Assembly (NCBI GenBank): GCA_963514005.1
Contig: OY740792.1
Location: forward strand, 35,960,001 to 36,024,000
Direction: 5' to 3'
Length of the DNA: 64,000 bases
From: Raja brachyura
Taxonomy: Eukaryota
Shown here in pieces: positions 12,483-24,045 of this stretch. The translations under genes and the position numbers were made by a program. The stretch's first letter is position 1. The number at the start of each line of letters is the position of its first letter. Below the pieces are notes generated by a model. It was given only the letters and a program-made list of their open reading frames with translations, was not told the DNA's origin and did no database searches.

Positions 12483-14838
12483 ACCTTTGATTAAAAAGAT
12501 AATTTTTCGCTTGTCAATTTGTACATGTGACTAAAGTTGCCTTTGTTAACAAAAAATGTAGGGTGAGATAGTGTTTAATTTAGTTTTAGTTTAGAGATAC
12601 AGCACGGAAACAGGCCCTTCAGGCCACTGAGTCCGCGCCAACCAGCGATCACCCCATACACTAACACTATCCTATTGCACACTAGGGACACTTGGGCAGC
12701 TTACAGACCAGTGGTATGAATAGAATTATCTCAATTCAAGTAACCTCAGCATCCCTCCTCTCTCTATTCTTCCCCCACCCAAGTTGCACCAGCTTCTCAT
12801 TTTCACCCAACAATTAGCTAACAATGGCCTTCCTTTGTCATCGTTACTTTTTTGCATATCTTTCATTCATTGTCCTTTATCTCTCTACATCATCGTCTAA
12901 ATCTCTCGTTTCCCTTTTCGCTGACTTGTCTGAAGAAGGGTATCGACCCGAAACATCACCCATTCCTTCTCTCCAGAGATGCTGCCTGTCCCGCTGAGTT
13001 ACTCCAGCCTTTTTTTTTAAATCAAAATCTTTTAAATTTAGTTTTCAGGGCGTAACAAAGTGCAAAGTTGTCCATTTGTTGCAGACAGAGTGTACGAAAA
13101 GAATAAATACAAAACAACTTATGCCAACATATAACAAGACAACAACAATACAAAAAAAAACGAAATACCAAATATAACCTCCCCAGTCACTGCCAGTGAG
13201 CATTTTGTGTCTATCCTCGGTTTAAACCAGCATCTGCTGTTCCTTCCTACACATGTTACAGGAAAGATGTTGTCAAGTTGGAAAGGGTACAAAGAAAATT
13301 TACAAGGATGTTTCAAGGACTCGAGGATCTGAGCTATAGGGAGGTGTATAAGATCATGGGAGGAATAGATCAGTAGATGTACAGAGTCTTGCCCAGATAA
13401 GGGAATCGAGAACCAGAGGACACAGGTTTAAGGTGAAGGGGGAAAGATTTAACAGGAATCTGAGGGGTAACTTTTTCACACAAAGGGCGGTGGGTGTATG
13501 GAATGAGCCAGAGGAGGTAGTTGAGGCTGGGACTATCGCAACATTTAAGAAACAATTAGACACGCACATGGATCGGACTGGTTTGGAGGGATATGGGTCA
13601 AACGCAGGCAGGTGGGACTAGTGTAGGTCTGTGTGGGCAAGTTGGGCTGAAGGGCCTCTTTCTATGTTCTATGACTCTATGAGTATGTTCTAATTAGTTA
13701 CGTAGAGAATGGGCATAAATGCACACAGAAATAGCTGGCTCATTGTGTCAGGCATACACAAATGACAACAATTTCCATTCAAAATAGAAACACTCAGGCA
13801 TTGAAATTAAAAGCACGTATCACCAGACACAGGAACAGCTAATTTCCCTCTTATTGGACCACTGAATGATCCTCCCATAAATTAGGGTGTAGTCCCGATC
13901 TTCCAATCTACCTCATTGTGGACGTTAGACATTTTCTTTGGAACTGTTATGCTGCAATGCTATAATACTACATATTGGTATTTTTACATGTATGGTTTGA
14001 TCATAGAAACATAGAAACATGTGATCATGGCTGATCATCTCCAATCAGTAACCTGTGTCTGCCTTCTCCCCATATCCCTTGATTCCACTAGCCCCTAGAG
14101 CTCTATCTAACACTCTCCTAAATCCATCCAGTGATTTGGCCTCCACTGCGCTCTGTGGCAGGGAATTCCTCAGTCTTAATCTCACCTCAGTCTTAAATGG
14201 CCTCCGCTTTATTCTAAGACTGTGGCCCCTGGTTCTGGACTGGCCCAACATTGGGAACATTTTTCCCGCATGTAGCTTGTCCAGTCCTTTTATAATTTTA
14301 TATGTTTTTATAAGATCACCCTCATCCTTCTAAACTCCAGTTAATACAAGTCTAGTCTTTTCAATCTTTCCTCATATGACAGTCCCTCCATCCCAGGGAT
14401 CAATCTCGTGAACATACGCTGCACTGCCTCAATCACAAGGATGTCCTTCCTCAAATTACACCATATATCGTACTCATGTATGGTATGATTTTCACTGTAT
14501 CTTTTCACTGTATCTTTTCACATGTGACAATAATAAACTAATACCAATAATGGCTGCAACTTCATGTGCAGTATGATCCAACTTAATTGGATAGCACACA
14601 AACAAAACCTTTTCACTGCTCCCGAGTACATGTGACAATAATAAACCAATACCAAGCATGAGCATGAGGAGAATCTATTATTATTATTATTATTATTGAG
14701 GAAAGGCAATCCCAAATTGTTAAACCTGTATAAATTTATAGTGATACACAAAGTTCTCTAAATGGAGAACAAGGCTGCATGGTTCCAATCTACATTTATC
14801 AAGGACTTTGAAGTGCAGAAAACTCCATTAGAGGGCAG

Positions 14839-15371
14839 GGGGGTTACACAAAAAGCTGGAGAAACTCAGCGGGTGCAGCAGCATCTAAGGGGCGAAGGAG
14901 ATAGGCGACGTTTCGGGTCGAGACCCTTCTTCAGACTGGTCAGGGATCAGGGAAACGAGAGATATAAACATGATGTGGAGAGATAAAGAACAATGAATGA
15001 AAGATATGCAAAAAAGTATTGATGATAAGGGAAACAGGCCATTGTAAGCTGTTTGTGGTGTGAAAATGAGAAGCTAGTGCAACTGGGGAGTGGGGGGGGA
15101 GATGGAGAAGGAATGTCAGGGCCTGAGGGCTGAGGGAGAGGTGGGGAGGTGTGGGGGCAGTCTGGTTTAACAGAATTGGGAAAATTCAATGTTTAAGCCC
15201 AGAGGATGCAGACTCCCCAAGCGGAATATGAGGTGCTGTTCCTCCAACTTGCGGTGTTGCTCACTCTGGCCGTGGAGGAGGCCCAGGACCGAGAGGTCGG
15301 ATACGGAATGGGAGGGGGAGTTGAAGTGCTGAGCACCGGGAGGTCGGAGCATCTGCAGTTCCTTCTTTAAA
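14839..15371 (-). mobile_element. Truncated Penelope-like insertion (GIY-YIG C-terminus, terminal repeat, short inverted end)
   Basis: HFNSPSHS..RKLEEQHLIFRLGSLHPLGLN; 14-bp TSD CCATTAGAGGGCAG (14825-14838 / 15372-15385). Confidence 0.85.
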
Positions 15372-16769
15372 CCATTAGAGGGCAGCCTTTCCCAAATTTT
15401 AAAGAGATGCACTTAATGTGAAAACCAGTTAAAACAAGGAACTGTAAATGCTGCTGTACAAAAAAAGGGCACAAAGTGCTGAAGTAACTCAACGGATCAG
15501 GCAGCATTTCTGGAGAACATGGATGGCTGATGTTTTGGGTTGGGACCCTAGTTTGAAGTTTTGGGGTGGGAAAACTTGGCATTATTGTGGGTAGCTACCA
15601 TCAGGCAATATTGTGGGGTTCTCACCCCCTCTGTGATTGTGGGGTGGTGATCAGGAATCTTGAAGAGGTTCTCAGCGAAATTAGGCCCATCAAGTTTGCT
15701 CCACCATTCGAACATGGATGATCTATTTTTACCCCTCAACCCCATTCTCCTTATTTCTTTCTGTAACCTTTGACACCCATACCAATCAAGAATTTATCAG
15801 TCTCCGCTTTAAAAATATCCAATGACTTGGCATCCACCACTGCCCTTGGCACAGAATTCCACATATTAACTACCATCTGGCTAAAGAAGTTCCTCCTTAT
15901 CTCCATTCTACAGCTACTTCCTTTCATTCTGAGGCTGTGCCCGCTGGACCTGGAGTATAAACCAGCACCTAAAGTTTCTTCCTACACTCTCTGCTCCTAG
16001 ACTCTCCCACTCCCATTCTGCCTCCAACCTTCTCATGATTTATGCATAATTTCTGTTTTGTCTTGAACTCGTTAGCCAGGAATCGTCTTTTGTTTTTGGG
16101 CAACAGCTACACTTCGAAATACACATTTTTGCTCCTGGGTCCTAGAGGCTGTTGCTAGAGATTGCAGAAGCCTGTTCGGTGAAGTACCCCACCTTGATTG
16201 AATGCCCTTAGAAGGGCTCAAAGAGCATTTGCTTTGAACTCATTGCACTAAATTTTGTTTTCAACAAATATTGCCAGGACTACTTTTTGAGGAGTTGCCA
16301 AATTTTTCAGAAAAACACTAGTCCTTACTGGTTTAATTCCATGGCTAGTTACTGCTACTTCACTATTTGTCTGCATACTATTCAAGCTTAAAATCAAAGT
16401 AGATTCACTTGATCGAATTCTGAAATGGATAGGTCGTCCTAAAGGGAGATGTTGTTGAATTTTGGCCTGAACTCAGTTTCAAGAGTCAATAGTGTTGAAT
16501 TGTCACAACAGAACAATGACATTTTTACTTGCTGCTTTTACTTAATAATTGATCATTTTGAGCAAAACACAAAGTTTTGGAGGAACCCAGTGGGTCAGGC
16601 AGCATCTGTAGAGGAAATAGTTTACTGTAGTTTAGAGATACAGCATGGAAACAGGCCCTTTGTCCCACCAAGTCCACACCAACCAAAGATCACCCATGCA
16701 CAAGTTCTATCCTCTGCACTGGGGACAATTTACAGAAGGTAATTAACCTACAAACCTGCATGTCTACCA

Positions 16770-17327
16770 GGGGCGCTGGGGCGATGGCAGCCCTGCTGAC
16801 AGCCTGTTTGTTTTTTTCATCTTTTTGTTATTTTTAGTGTTTGTTAAAAGTTTGTTTTAATGTACTTCAGTTTGTTTTATGTGGGGGGAGGGGGGAGGGG
16901 ATCACTCCCACCGTGGCCTGCAGAATTACCATCAAGGGCTCGCAGTCTTGGGAGAGGCTAGTCGGGAGTTCCAAAACCGCAGAAGGTTCAACCAGCCCCA
17001 ACGCGAGGTTCGATCGCCCGGCACAGGGGAGCTGACAACCCCCCGATGCAGGAGCTGAACGCCTCGATGCGGAGGGCCCAAACGCCGCCGGCTACGGGAG
17101 TCAAGAACGTCCCGTCAACGGAGGGCTCGGGGCCCCCGACCGAGGAAGAACAAAAGGAAGCACTTGAACTTTATTTCTCCTTCCATCACAGTGAGGAATG
17201 TGTAGGAGTCACTGTGGTGGATGTTCATGTTAAAATGTGTTGCTTTTAATTGTATGACTGACCTGGCCAGTGAAATTCCTCGTATGTTGCAAAATATACT
17301 TGGCGAATAAAATCTGATTCTGATTCT
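16770..17327 (+). mobile_element. Non-coding retroposon with a (TCTGAT)n tail; second, 5'-truncated copy at 55769-56143 (-)
   Basis: Near-identical GC-rich body in both copies; AATAAA followed by a TCTGAT repeat tail. One copy interrupts a V-SINE, the other a CR1. Confidence 0.75.
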
Positions 17328-18227
17328 TTGGAATATGGGAGTAAATCGGAGCACACCGGAGAAAACCAACACGATCACACAGAGAACGAACAAACTCCGT
17401 ACAGAAAGCACCTGTAGTCAGGATCAAACCCTGGTCTCTGGCATTGTAAGGCAACGACTCTACCATTGTGCCATTGCACTGCCCTTCAGTAGATGGTCGG
17501 AGGAGAAATGTGGAAAAGTGACGTGGGATGGGACAAAGCCCGGCAAGTGTTTTTCTCAAGATTCCAGCGTCCGCAGTTCTATGTGCCTCATGACCCTGTT
17601 GCCATCTATCGTTTAGGCACAAGATTCCTGATCAGTAGAATAATTAGTTCCCATGTCAATTTTCCTTTGGACCTTAAATATCTGTTCAAGTTAAATCAAT
17701 TAATCAAAGATCTGACTAGATGCATGAGAATTATTAACACATTTGGAGGCTTTGGAGAGGCTACAGAAGAGATTTACCGGAATTTGCTGCCCAGAATAAT
17801 GGGCATTAACTACATGAGTAGGTGGGACAAGTTTGGATTGTTTTCTCTGGAATGCTGAAATTGGAGGGGAGGTCTGATAGAAGTATATATATAGGTAGGG
17901 TAAGCAGTCAGAACCTTCACCCCCCCCCCCCCCCCAGGTGGAAATGTCAAAGACTAGAGGGCATAGCTTTAAGGTGAGAGGGGCAAAGTTTAAAGGAGAA
18001 GTGTGGGGCAAATCTTCTTTACCAAGAGAGTGGTAGGTGCCTGGAATAAACTGTCAGCGGTGGTGGTGGAGACAGATACAATGATGGCATTTAAGCTTTT
18101 AGATACGCACATGGAAATGCAAGGAATGGAGGGATATGGATCACGTGCAGGCAGAAGCGATTTGTTTAACCTGATATGTTCAGCTCAGACATTATGGGCT
18201 GAAGGGCCTGTTCCTGTGCTGTATTGT

Positions 18228-19216
18228 GTAGGAAGAAACTGCTGATGCTGGTTTAAACTGAAGATAGACACATGAAGCTGGAGTAACTCAGCGGGACAGG
18301 CAGCATCTCTGGAGAGAAGGAATGGGTGACGTTTTGGGTCAAGACCCTTCTTCAGACTGGTTAGGGATAAGGGAGACGAGAGATATAGACGATGCTGTAA
18401 GCTGCCCAAACAAAATATGAGATGCAGTTTCTTCGATTTGTGTTTAGCCTCACTCTGTCAAAGGAGGAGACCTAGGGCATAAAAGTCTGTGCAGGAATGG
18501 GAAGGAGAATTAAAGTGTCTGGCAACCGGGAGATCAGGTAGGTTCATGCGGGCTGAGTGAAGATGTTCCGTGAAATGATCACCCAGTCTGCGTTTGGTCT
18601 CACCGATGTATAAGAGTCCACATCTTGAACAATGGATACAGTAGATGAGGTTGGAGGAGGTGCAAGTAAACCTCTGAGTAACCTGAAAGGACTGTCGGGG
18701 TCCCTGGACAGAGTCAAGCGAGGAGGTATAGCGACAGGTGTTGCATCTTCTGCGGTTGCAGGTGAAGGTACCTGGGGAGAGGGTGGTTTGGATTGGATGA
18801 GTGAGCCAGGGAGTTGCGGAGGGAACGGCTCTGTTGATGGCGGAAAGGGGTGGAGATGGGAAAATGTGGCTCGTGGTGGGATCCCGTTTGACGTGGCGGA
18901 CATTTTGAAGGATTATGTGTTGTATGCGACGGCTGATGGGGTGGAAGGTAAGGACTAGGGGGAAGGGGAACAAGGGCGGAGCTGCGGGATGCCGAGGAGA
19001 CACGAGTGAAGGCCTCATCTATGATGGGAGAGGAGAACCCCCGTTCCCTAAAGAATGAGGACATCTCGGATGTCCTGGTATGGAACACCTCATCTTGACA
19101 ACATATGTGGCTTAGACGAAGGAATTGGGAGTAGGGGATAGTATTTGCAGGAAGGAGGGTAGTCAATATAATTGTGGGAGTCAGTGGGTTTGTAATAGAT
19201 GTCAGTCAATAGTCTA
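18228..19216 (-). mobile_element. Penelope-like element, 3' part (GIY-YIG endonuclease and terminal repeat); host of DIRS copy 1
   Basis: C..C..C..FTCTSSNLIYCIHCSRCGLLYIGETKRRLGDHFTEH GIY-YIG domain; IPYSQFLRL motif; continues at 23891. Confidence 0.9.
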
Positions 19217-19422
19217 TTTTACTTCAGAGTCACGTGAGTGACTACGTGAAGACCCCGCCAGCACGCATGCCCGACATATCGTCGAACGCATTGCGGAAGC
19301 GACAGTCGGGAGGAGCGCCGCTCCTTCAGCGTAAGTTAAAAAACTTACTGAAGGTAAGTCTTACCATTCTGGTGAGCGTGGCGACTCGGTGTACTTTGTT
19401 TTTCAGACACGGAGAAAGCACC

Positions 19423-20567
19423 ATGGAGTGGCGAAAATCCAGGAGAGCAGCGGCGAAATCCGCTGCTGTGGAAAGGCCGTCTCTCCAGAGCTGCAGGTGC
19501 TACCAGCAGCTCCCGACTTCTCGCCGCAACAGACCGCAGGTGCGTTGCGGTCCGCCGGCAAAACCATCCGGAAGTCGGACAGGACAGTTGACTCGGCTGG
19601 GTCCGGACCTGAAGATACCCCGTTCGCAGATAGCGATGGCGGGCGTCTTTCCCGCATGGCACGGATGGTGGAGCAGTTGCTCCAGCGTGACCCGCTTAAA
19701 CAGGGGCAGAGTCACGGTGGGTCTCCTCGCAGACCCAAGGCAGAATCCTATCAAGGACTGCCAAATGTCTCACCCTCTTCGCGGGGGAGCATTAGGGGCC
19801 AGAGCTGGGCTGACCCTGAAGAAGGGGCAATGGCTGAACAGTCGCCTGTGTTAGGGGTGCCAGAAGAATTGTTGGGCATGGTAAATAAACATGATGTACC
19901 AACACAGAAAGGACTGCCTATACATCCAAAGCTGGCAGCCGGTATAAATTACATGGCTACAAACCAGCTGCAGGAGCAAGCCATAATCACTATGGCTGAG
20001 AAATACCTCGCTCCAGAGAACTGCATTTCTCTAAATGTACCAGCAGTCAACAACCCCATCTGGGGCAACACGAGCCCCTCTATAAGGAGTCAGGAGGTGA
20101 AACTCCAGAGAATCCTTGAACTGCTGGCTGGCTGAAGCACAGCAGTAACCAGGACAGCTGATGGGGTTGATATGCCTGAAGAGCTACAAGATGCTCTAGC
20201 ACTACTGTGTAATACTCAGTTTGAGATTAACAGTTACAGGAAGAGCATCATTAAGGCTCCACTTAATCCCAAATTTGCGGGATTATGCAGGACGAGTAGC
20301 ACTCAGCCGCCAACTTTGCTGTTTGGGGACAACCTTCTGAAGCAGGTGAAAGACCTGGATGAGGAGGCCAAGGCTATAGGCTTGATCAAGGTGCCAAATA
20401 CCTCTAAAACCCACTATCAGCAGTGGCAGCACCCCTACACATCCACCAGACAACGGTACAACGAAAGACCATCTGGTGGTGAAAGCTCGAAGGCCGGCCC
20501 ACCTGCTCAGCAGTCTTTTTTAGACCATGGCCCAGCCCGGCCTTCTTGGAGTTCAGCATACGCCTAG
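19423..20567 (+). pseudogene. DIRS copy 1 gag-like ORF1 (frameshifted, with stops)
   Basis: gcaccATGG at 19423; fragments ..MARMVEQLLQRD.., ..PENC..LNVPAVNNPIW.., ..LLFGDNL.. are homologous to copy 2. Confidence 0.7.
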
Positions 20568-20569
20568 CC

Positions 20570-22420
20570 GGAAGTTCATACTTTCACAAAAAGAGAGAAC
20601 AGCAGGCCATGCTGAACTGTTAAGACTAAACGCAAAATGGGTAATTGAGAAGACAATCAGAGAATCACAAGAGTTTGTATCAAATATATTTACAAAAAAC
20701 AAAAAAGATGGCGGTTGACACATCATTATAGATTTGACCGAACTAAATACTTCCGTTCAGTATGCCCAATTCAAAAAGGATACGTTTGTCACAGCCAAAC
20801 AGCTAATTTCTGATAGGTACTACATGGCTTGCATCGATCTAAAGCCAGTATAAAACAGCCTGGGTGCTGATGACAACCCATTGGGTAAGGCCTTATATTG
20901 CCATAGCTGTCCCATCCAGACAAATTTCAGGTATTTACGATGATCCTTGTGTATTGGTACTCAATAGTATGCATCTTTTAGATCGATACACAAGGATCAT
21001 CGTAAATACCTGAAATTTGTCTGGATGGGACAGCTATGGCAATATAAGGCCTTACCCAATGGGTTGTCATCAGCACCCAGGCTGTTTACAAAATTGTTAA
21101 AACCAGCTTTAGCATACTTAAGGAAACATAACCATATTGTCATGGCTTAGCTTGATGATATTCTCATTGTAGGAGAGAATTTGGAGATGGCTACATTGGC
21201 AGTATCAGCCACAAAACATATTTTTCAAAGGCGGGAATTTATCATACATCCAGATAAATCAAAAGTGAAACCCTCCACTACCATGGATTATTTGGGGTTC
21301 ACTATTGACTCTGTTCAAATGTCTATCACCTTGCCACCAAACAAAGTGACAGACTTGACGGAAGCATGTAAAAGCCTCACTGGCATCAGGGAACCATCCA
21401 TTCGGCAAGTAGCCAGAGTGATTGGGAAACTAGTGGCTGCATTTCCAGCAGCACAACTTGGACCACTCCATTACCAAAACCTGCAAAGAGCAAACATTCT
21501 AGCTCTCAAAAATCATGCAGGCCATTTCGATAGGCCTATGAAACTACCAGGGAAAGCTAAATTAGAATTAAACTGGTGGATAGAAAATGCTCAGCGTTGT
21601 TCTAACCCCATCACTATCATGAATCCCTTGGTTACATTACAGACTGATGCCAGTGCTAAAGGTTGGGGAGCAACTAATACCACCACAAGTTGCGGTGGCA
21701 GATGGAGTGCACAAGAATTAACCCTGTTTAAAGCACTAGGGATTAACTAGAAATGCTGGGAGCATTTCATGGACTCATGGCCTTCTGCTCAGATATGCAC
21801 CAGTTGCATGTACGGTTACAAATTGATAATACCACAGTGGTGGCCTATATTAATCATATGGGTGGAATAAAGTTGATATCATGTGATGAATTGGCTAATA
21901 ATATCTGGCACTGGTGTCTGGATAGGGAGATTTGGATCTCAGCCACTTACTTTCCAGGTAAGCTAACTACAGTGGCAGACACCAGGTCACGTAAATTCAA
22001 CGACAACATTGAATGGATGTTGGATCGGAAAGTGCTTACAGATATTATAGAACGGTATGGAACACCAGATATCGACCTTTTTGCATCCAGACTAAATCAC
22101 CAACTACCAACATATGTTGCTTGGGAACCAGCCCCGGGGGCAGCAACGATGGATGCTTTCTCGCTGCATTGGGGGGATTTGTTTTGCTATGCATTTCCCC
22201 CCTTCTGCCTCATCAGTCGGGTCTTATAAAAAATTAAACAAGACTCCGCAACGGGTATTTTGGTTGTTCCCGACTGGCCTACCCAACCATGGTTCCCAGC
22301 GGTACAAAAGATGGCCACAGAACCCTGCATCCGGATCAACAAACGGCCGAGTTTGTTGGTACACCCCGTGACAGGGGAAAGTCATCCGTGCCATGACCGA
22401 ATGAACTTATTGATTTGCAG
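20570..22420 (+). pseudogene. DIRS copy 1 pol: RT, RNase H and adenine-methyltransferase-like domain (disrupted)
   Basis: RT: IDL(KDAY), ALPNGLSSAPRLFTK, A*LDD (catalytic Y changed to stop). RNase H: LQTDAS..GWG, IDNTT, VADTRSR. MT-like: IDLFASRLN..DAF..W..YAFPPF..VVPDWPTQPWF. Confidence 0.9.
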
Positions 22421-23398
22421 ATTCTGAACAGGCCATTTCTGGACTACGGACTCTCCAACAGGATGATCAATGTCATCACAGCGTCGTGCAGGGAGTCCAC
22501 CAGAAGACAGTACCTGACATATGTCAGGAAATGGGAAGTGTTCTGCACCAGAACGAACACTTCATATGACTCAGCCACTATCACTGAAGTGCTGGAGTTT
22601 CTGGCCACCATTCATTTTGATGAAGGATTGAGTTACAGTGCCATTAATTGTGCACGGAGTGCCCTATCTAATTATCTGGGCCGAGGGAGTGATCACCTGG
22701 CTATTGGATCACACCCACTGGTATCTAAACTAATGAGGGGTATATTTAACTCTAATCCCCCCAGGCCCAGATACACCCATACATGGGACATAGGCATAGT
22801 ATTAACTACGTCAAGAGGATGGACACCTATATTGGGGCTCACTCTGGACAAACTAACATACAAAATGGTAATGATAATGGCATTTGTAGCAGCACAACGG
22901 GTCCAGTCCTTACAAAAGCTAAGTATGGACGCCATGTATATCACCAATGGCAAGATAACCTTTTTGATACAGGGGTTACTTAAACAAGACCGACCCGGTT
23001 CCTCTGGCCAAAAATTAGAATTTTTGGCCTATCCCGCAGATAGTCGGCTCTGCATTGTGACATATATTTTACGATATATAGAAGTCACCAAGAGTCTTAG
23101 GGGCACGGAGAGAGCTTTACTCATAAGCTACAAACGCCCTCAATATTAGGTCACAGTGCAAACCATCTCCAGATGGTTAAGGGTGGTATTAGGTGCAGCG
23201 GGGGTGGATACTAATGTTTTCAAATCTCACTTCACCAGGGCTGCATCTACATCGGCAGTTAGGATGATGGAAGTTCCTATGGACCACATCCTTGCCACAG
23301 CGGGTTGGAGCAATGAACAAACTTTTCAACGCTTTTATAATAAACCCGTAGCCGCTCCTGAGACGTTTGCAGGAAAAATTTTAAGTTCTGTTAAATAA
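22415..23398 (+). pseudogene. DIRS copy 1 tyrosine recombinase (one in-frame stop at 23147-23149)
   Basis: ORFs 22415..23149 and 23156..23398 share a frame. Catalytic R (AQRVQ), HxxR (SHFTR), W (AGW) and Y (FQRFY) are present. Confidence 0.92.
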
Positions 23399-23890
23399 AT
23401 TACCCAATGTGGGGCATATTATTTTAGGTATGAATAAATACCTTCTTGGTTTTTCAGCACAGTGTCATGTCTGAAATACGTTCATCCTCCTTCCCTAGCA
23501 TGGCAGTGTGTGAGCATGGACTCGTTCCAGGGCATGAAATCACAGAGCTTTGAAATCTTCATGTAGTCACTCACGTGACTCCGAAGTAAAATAGTAAGAT
23601 TAAATGAGAACTTACCAGTTTGAAGTTTGATCTTTATTTTATGAGGGGTTACGATGAGGGATTATGTGCCCTCCGCTCCCAAACCCTCTATTATAAAGTT
23701 CAACTGGTATGAAAGTTCTCTCTTATCTTACTATGTTAGTCTACTCTGGTATCTGTGATTTCACACCACTGCTTTGAAGAATGTCGCGCATGCGTGCTGG
23801 CGGGGTCTTCACGTAATCCCTCATCGTAACTCCTCATAAAATAAAGATCAAACTTCAAACTGGTAAGTTCTCATTTAATCTTTACTATTT

Positions 23891-24045
23891 TCTGTGATGG
23901 AGACTGAGATCAAGAAAGGGAAGGGAGGTGTCGGAAATGGTCCAAGTAAACTTGAGTGCAGGATGAAAATTGGTGGTGAAGTCGATGAAGTCCATGAATT
24001 TTGCGTGGGTGCAGGAGGCAGCACCGATGCAGTCATCAATGCACT
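23891..24045 (-). mobile_element. Penelope-like RT fragment, continuation across the DIRS copy 1 insertion
   Basis: Reverse strand reads ..IDDCIGAASCTH..FLDL..; homologous to 12150-12260. Confidence 0.8.

Larger units (their letters stand above)
19217..23890 (+). mobile_element. DIRS1-type tyrosine-recombinase retrotransposon, copy 1 (both termini present, decayed)
   Basis: Left ITR 19243-19277 is inverted to right ITR 23781-23815. ICR 23556-23668 is complementary to both outer ends. Order is gag-like, RT-RNaseH-MT, YR. It interrupts a Penelope-like element. Confidence 0.95.
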
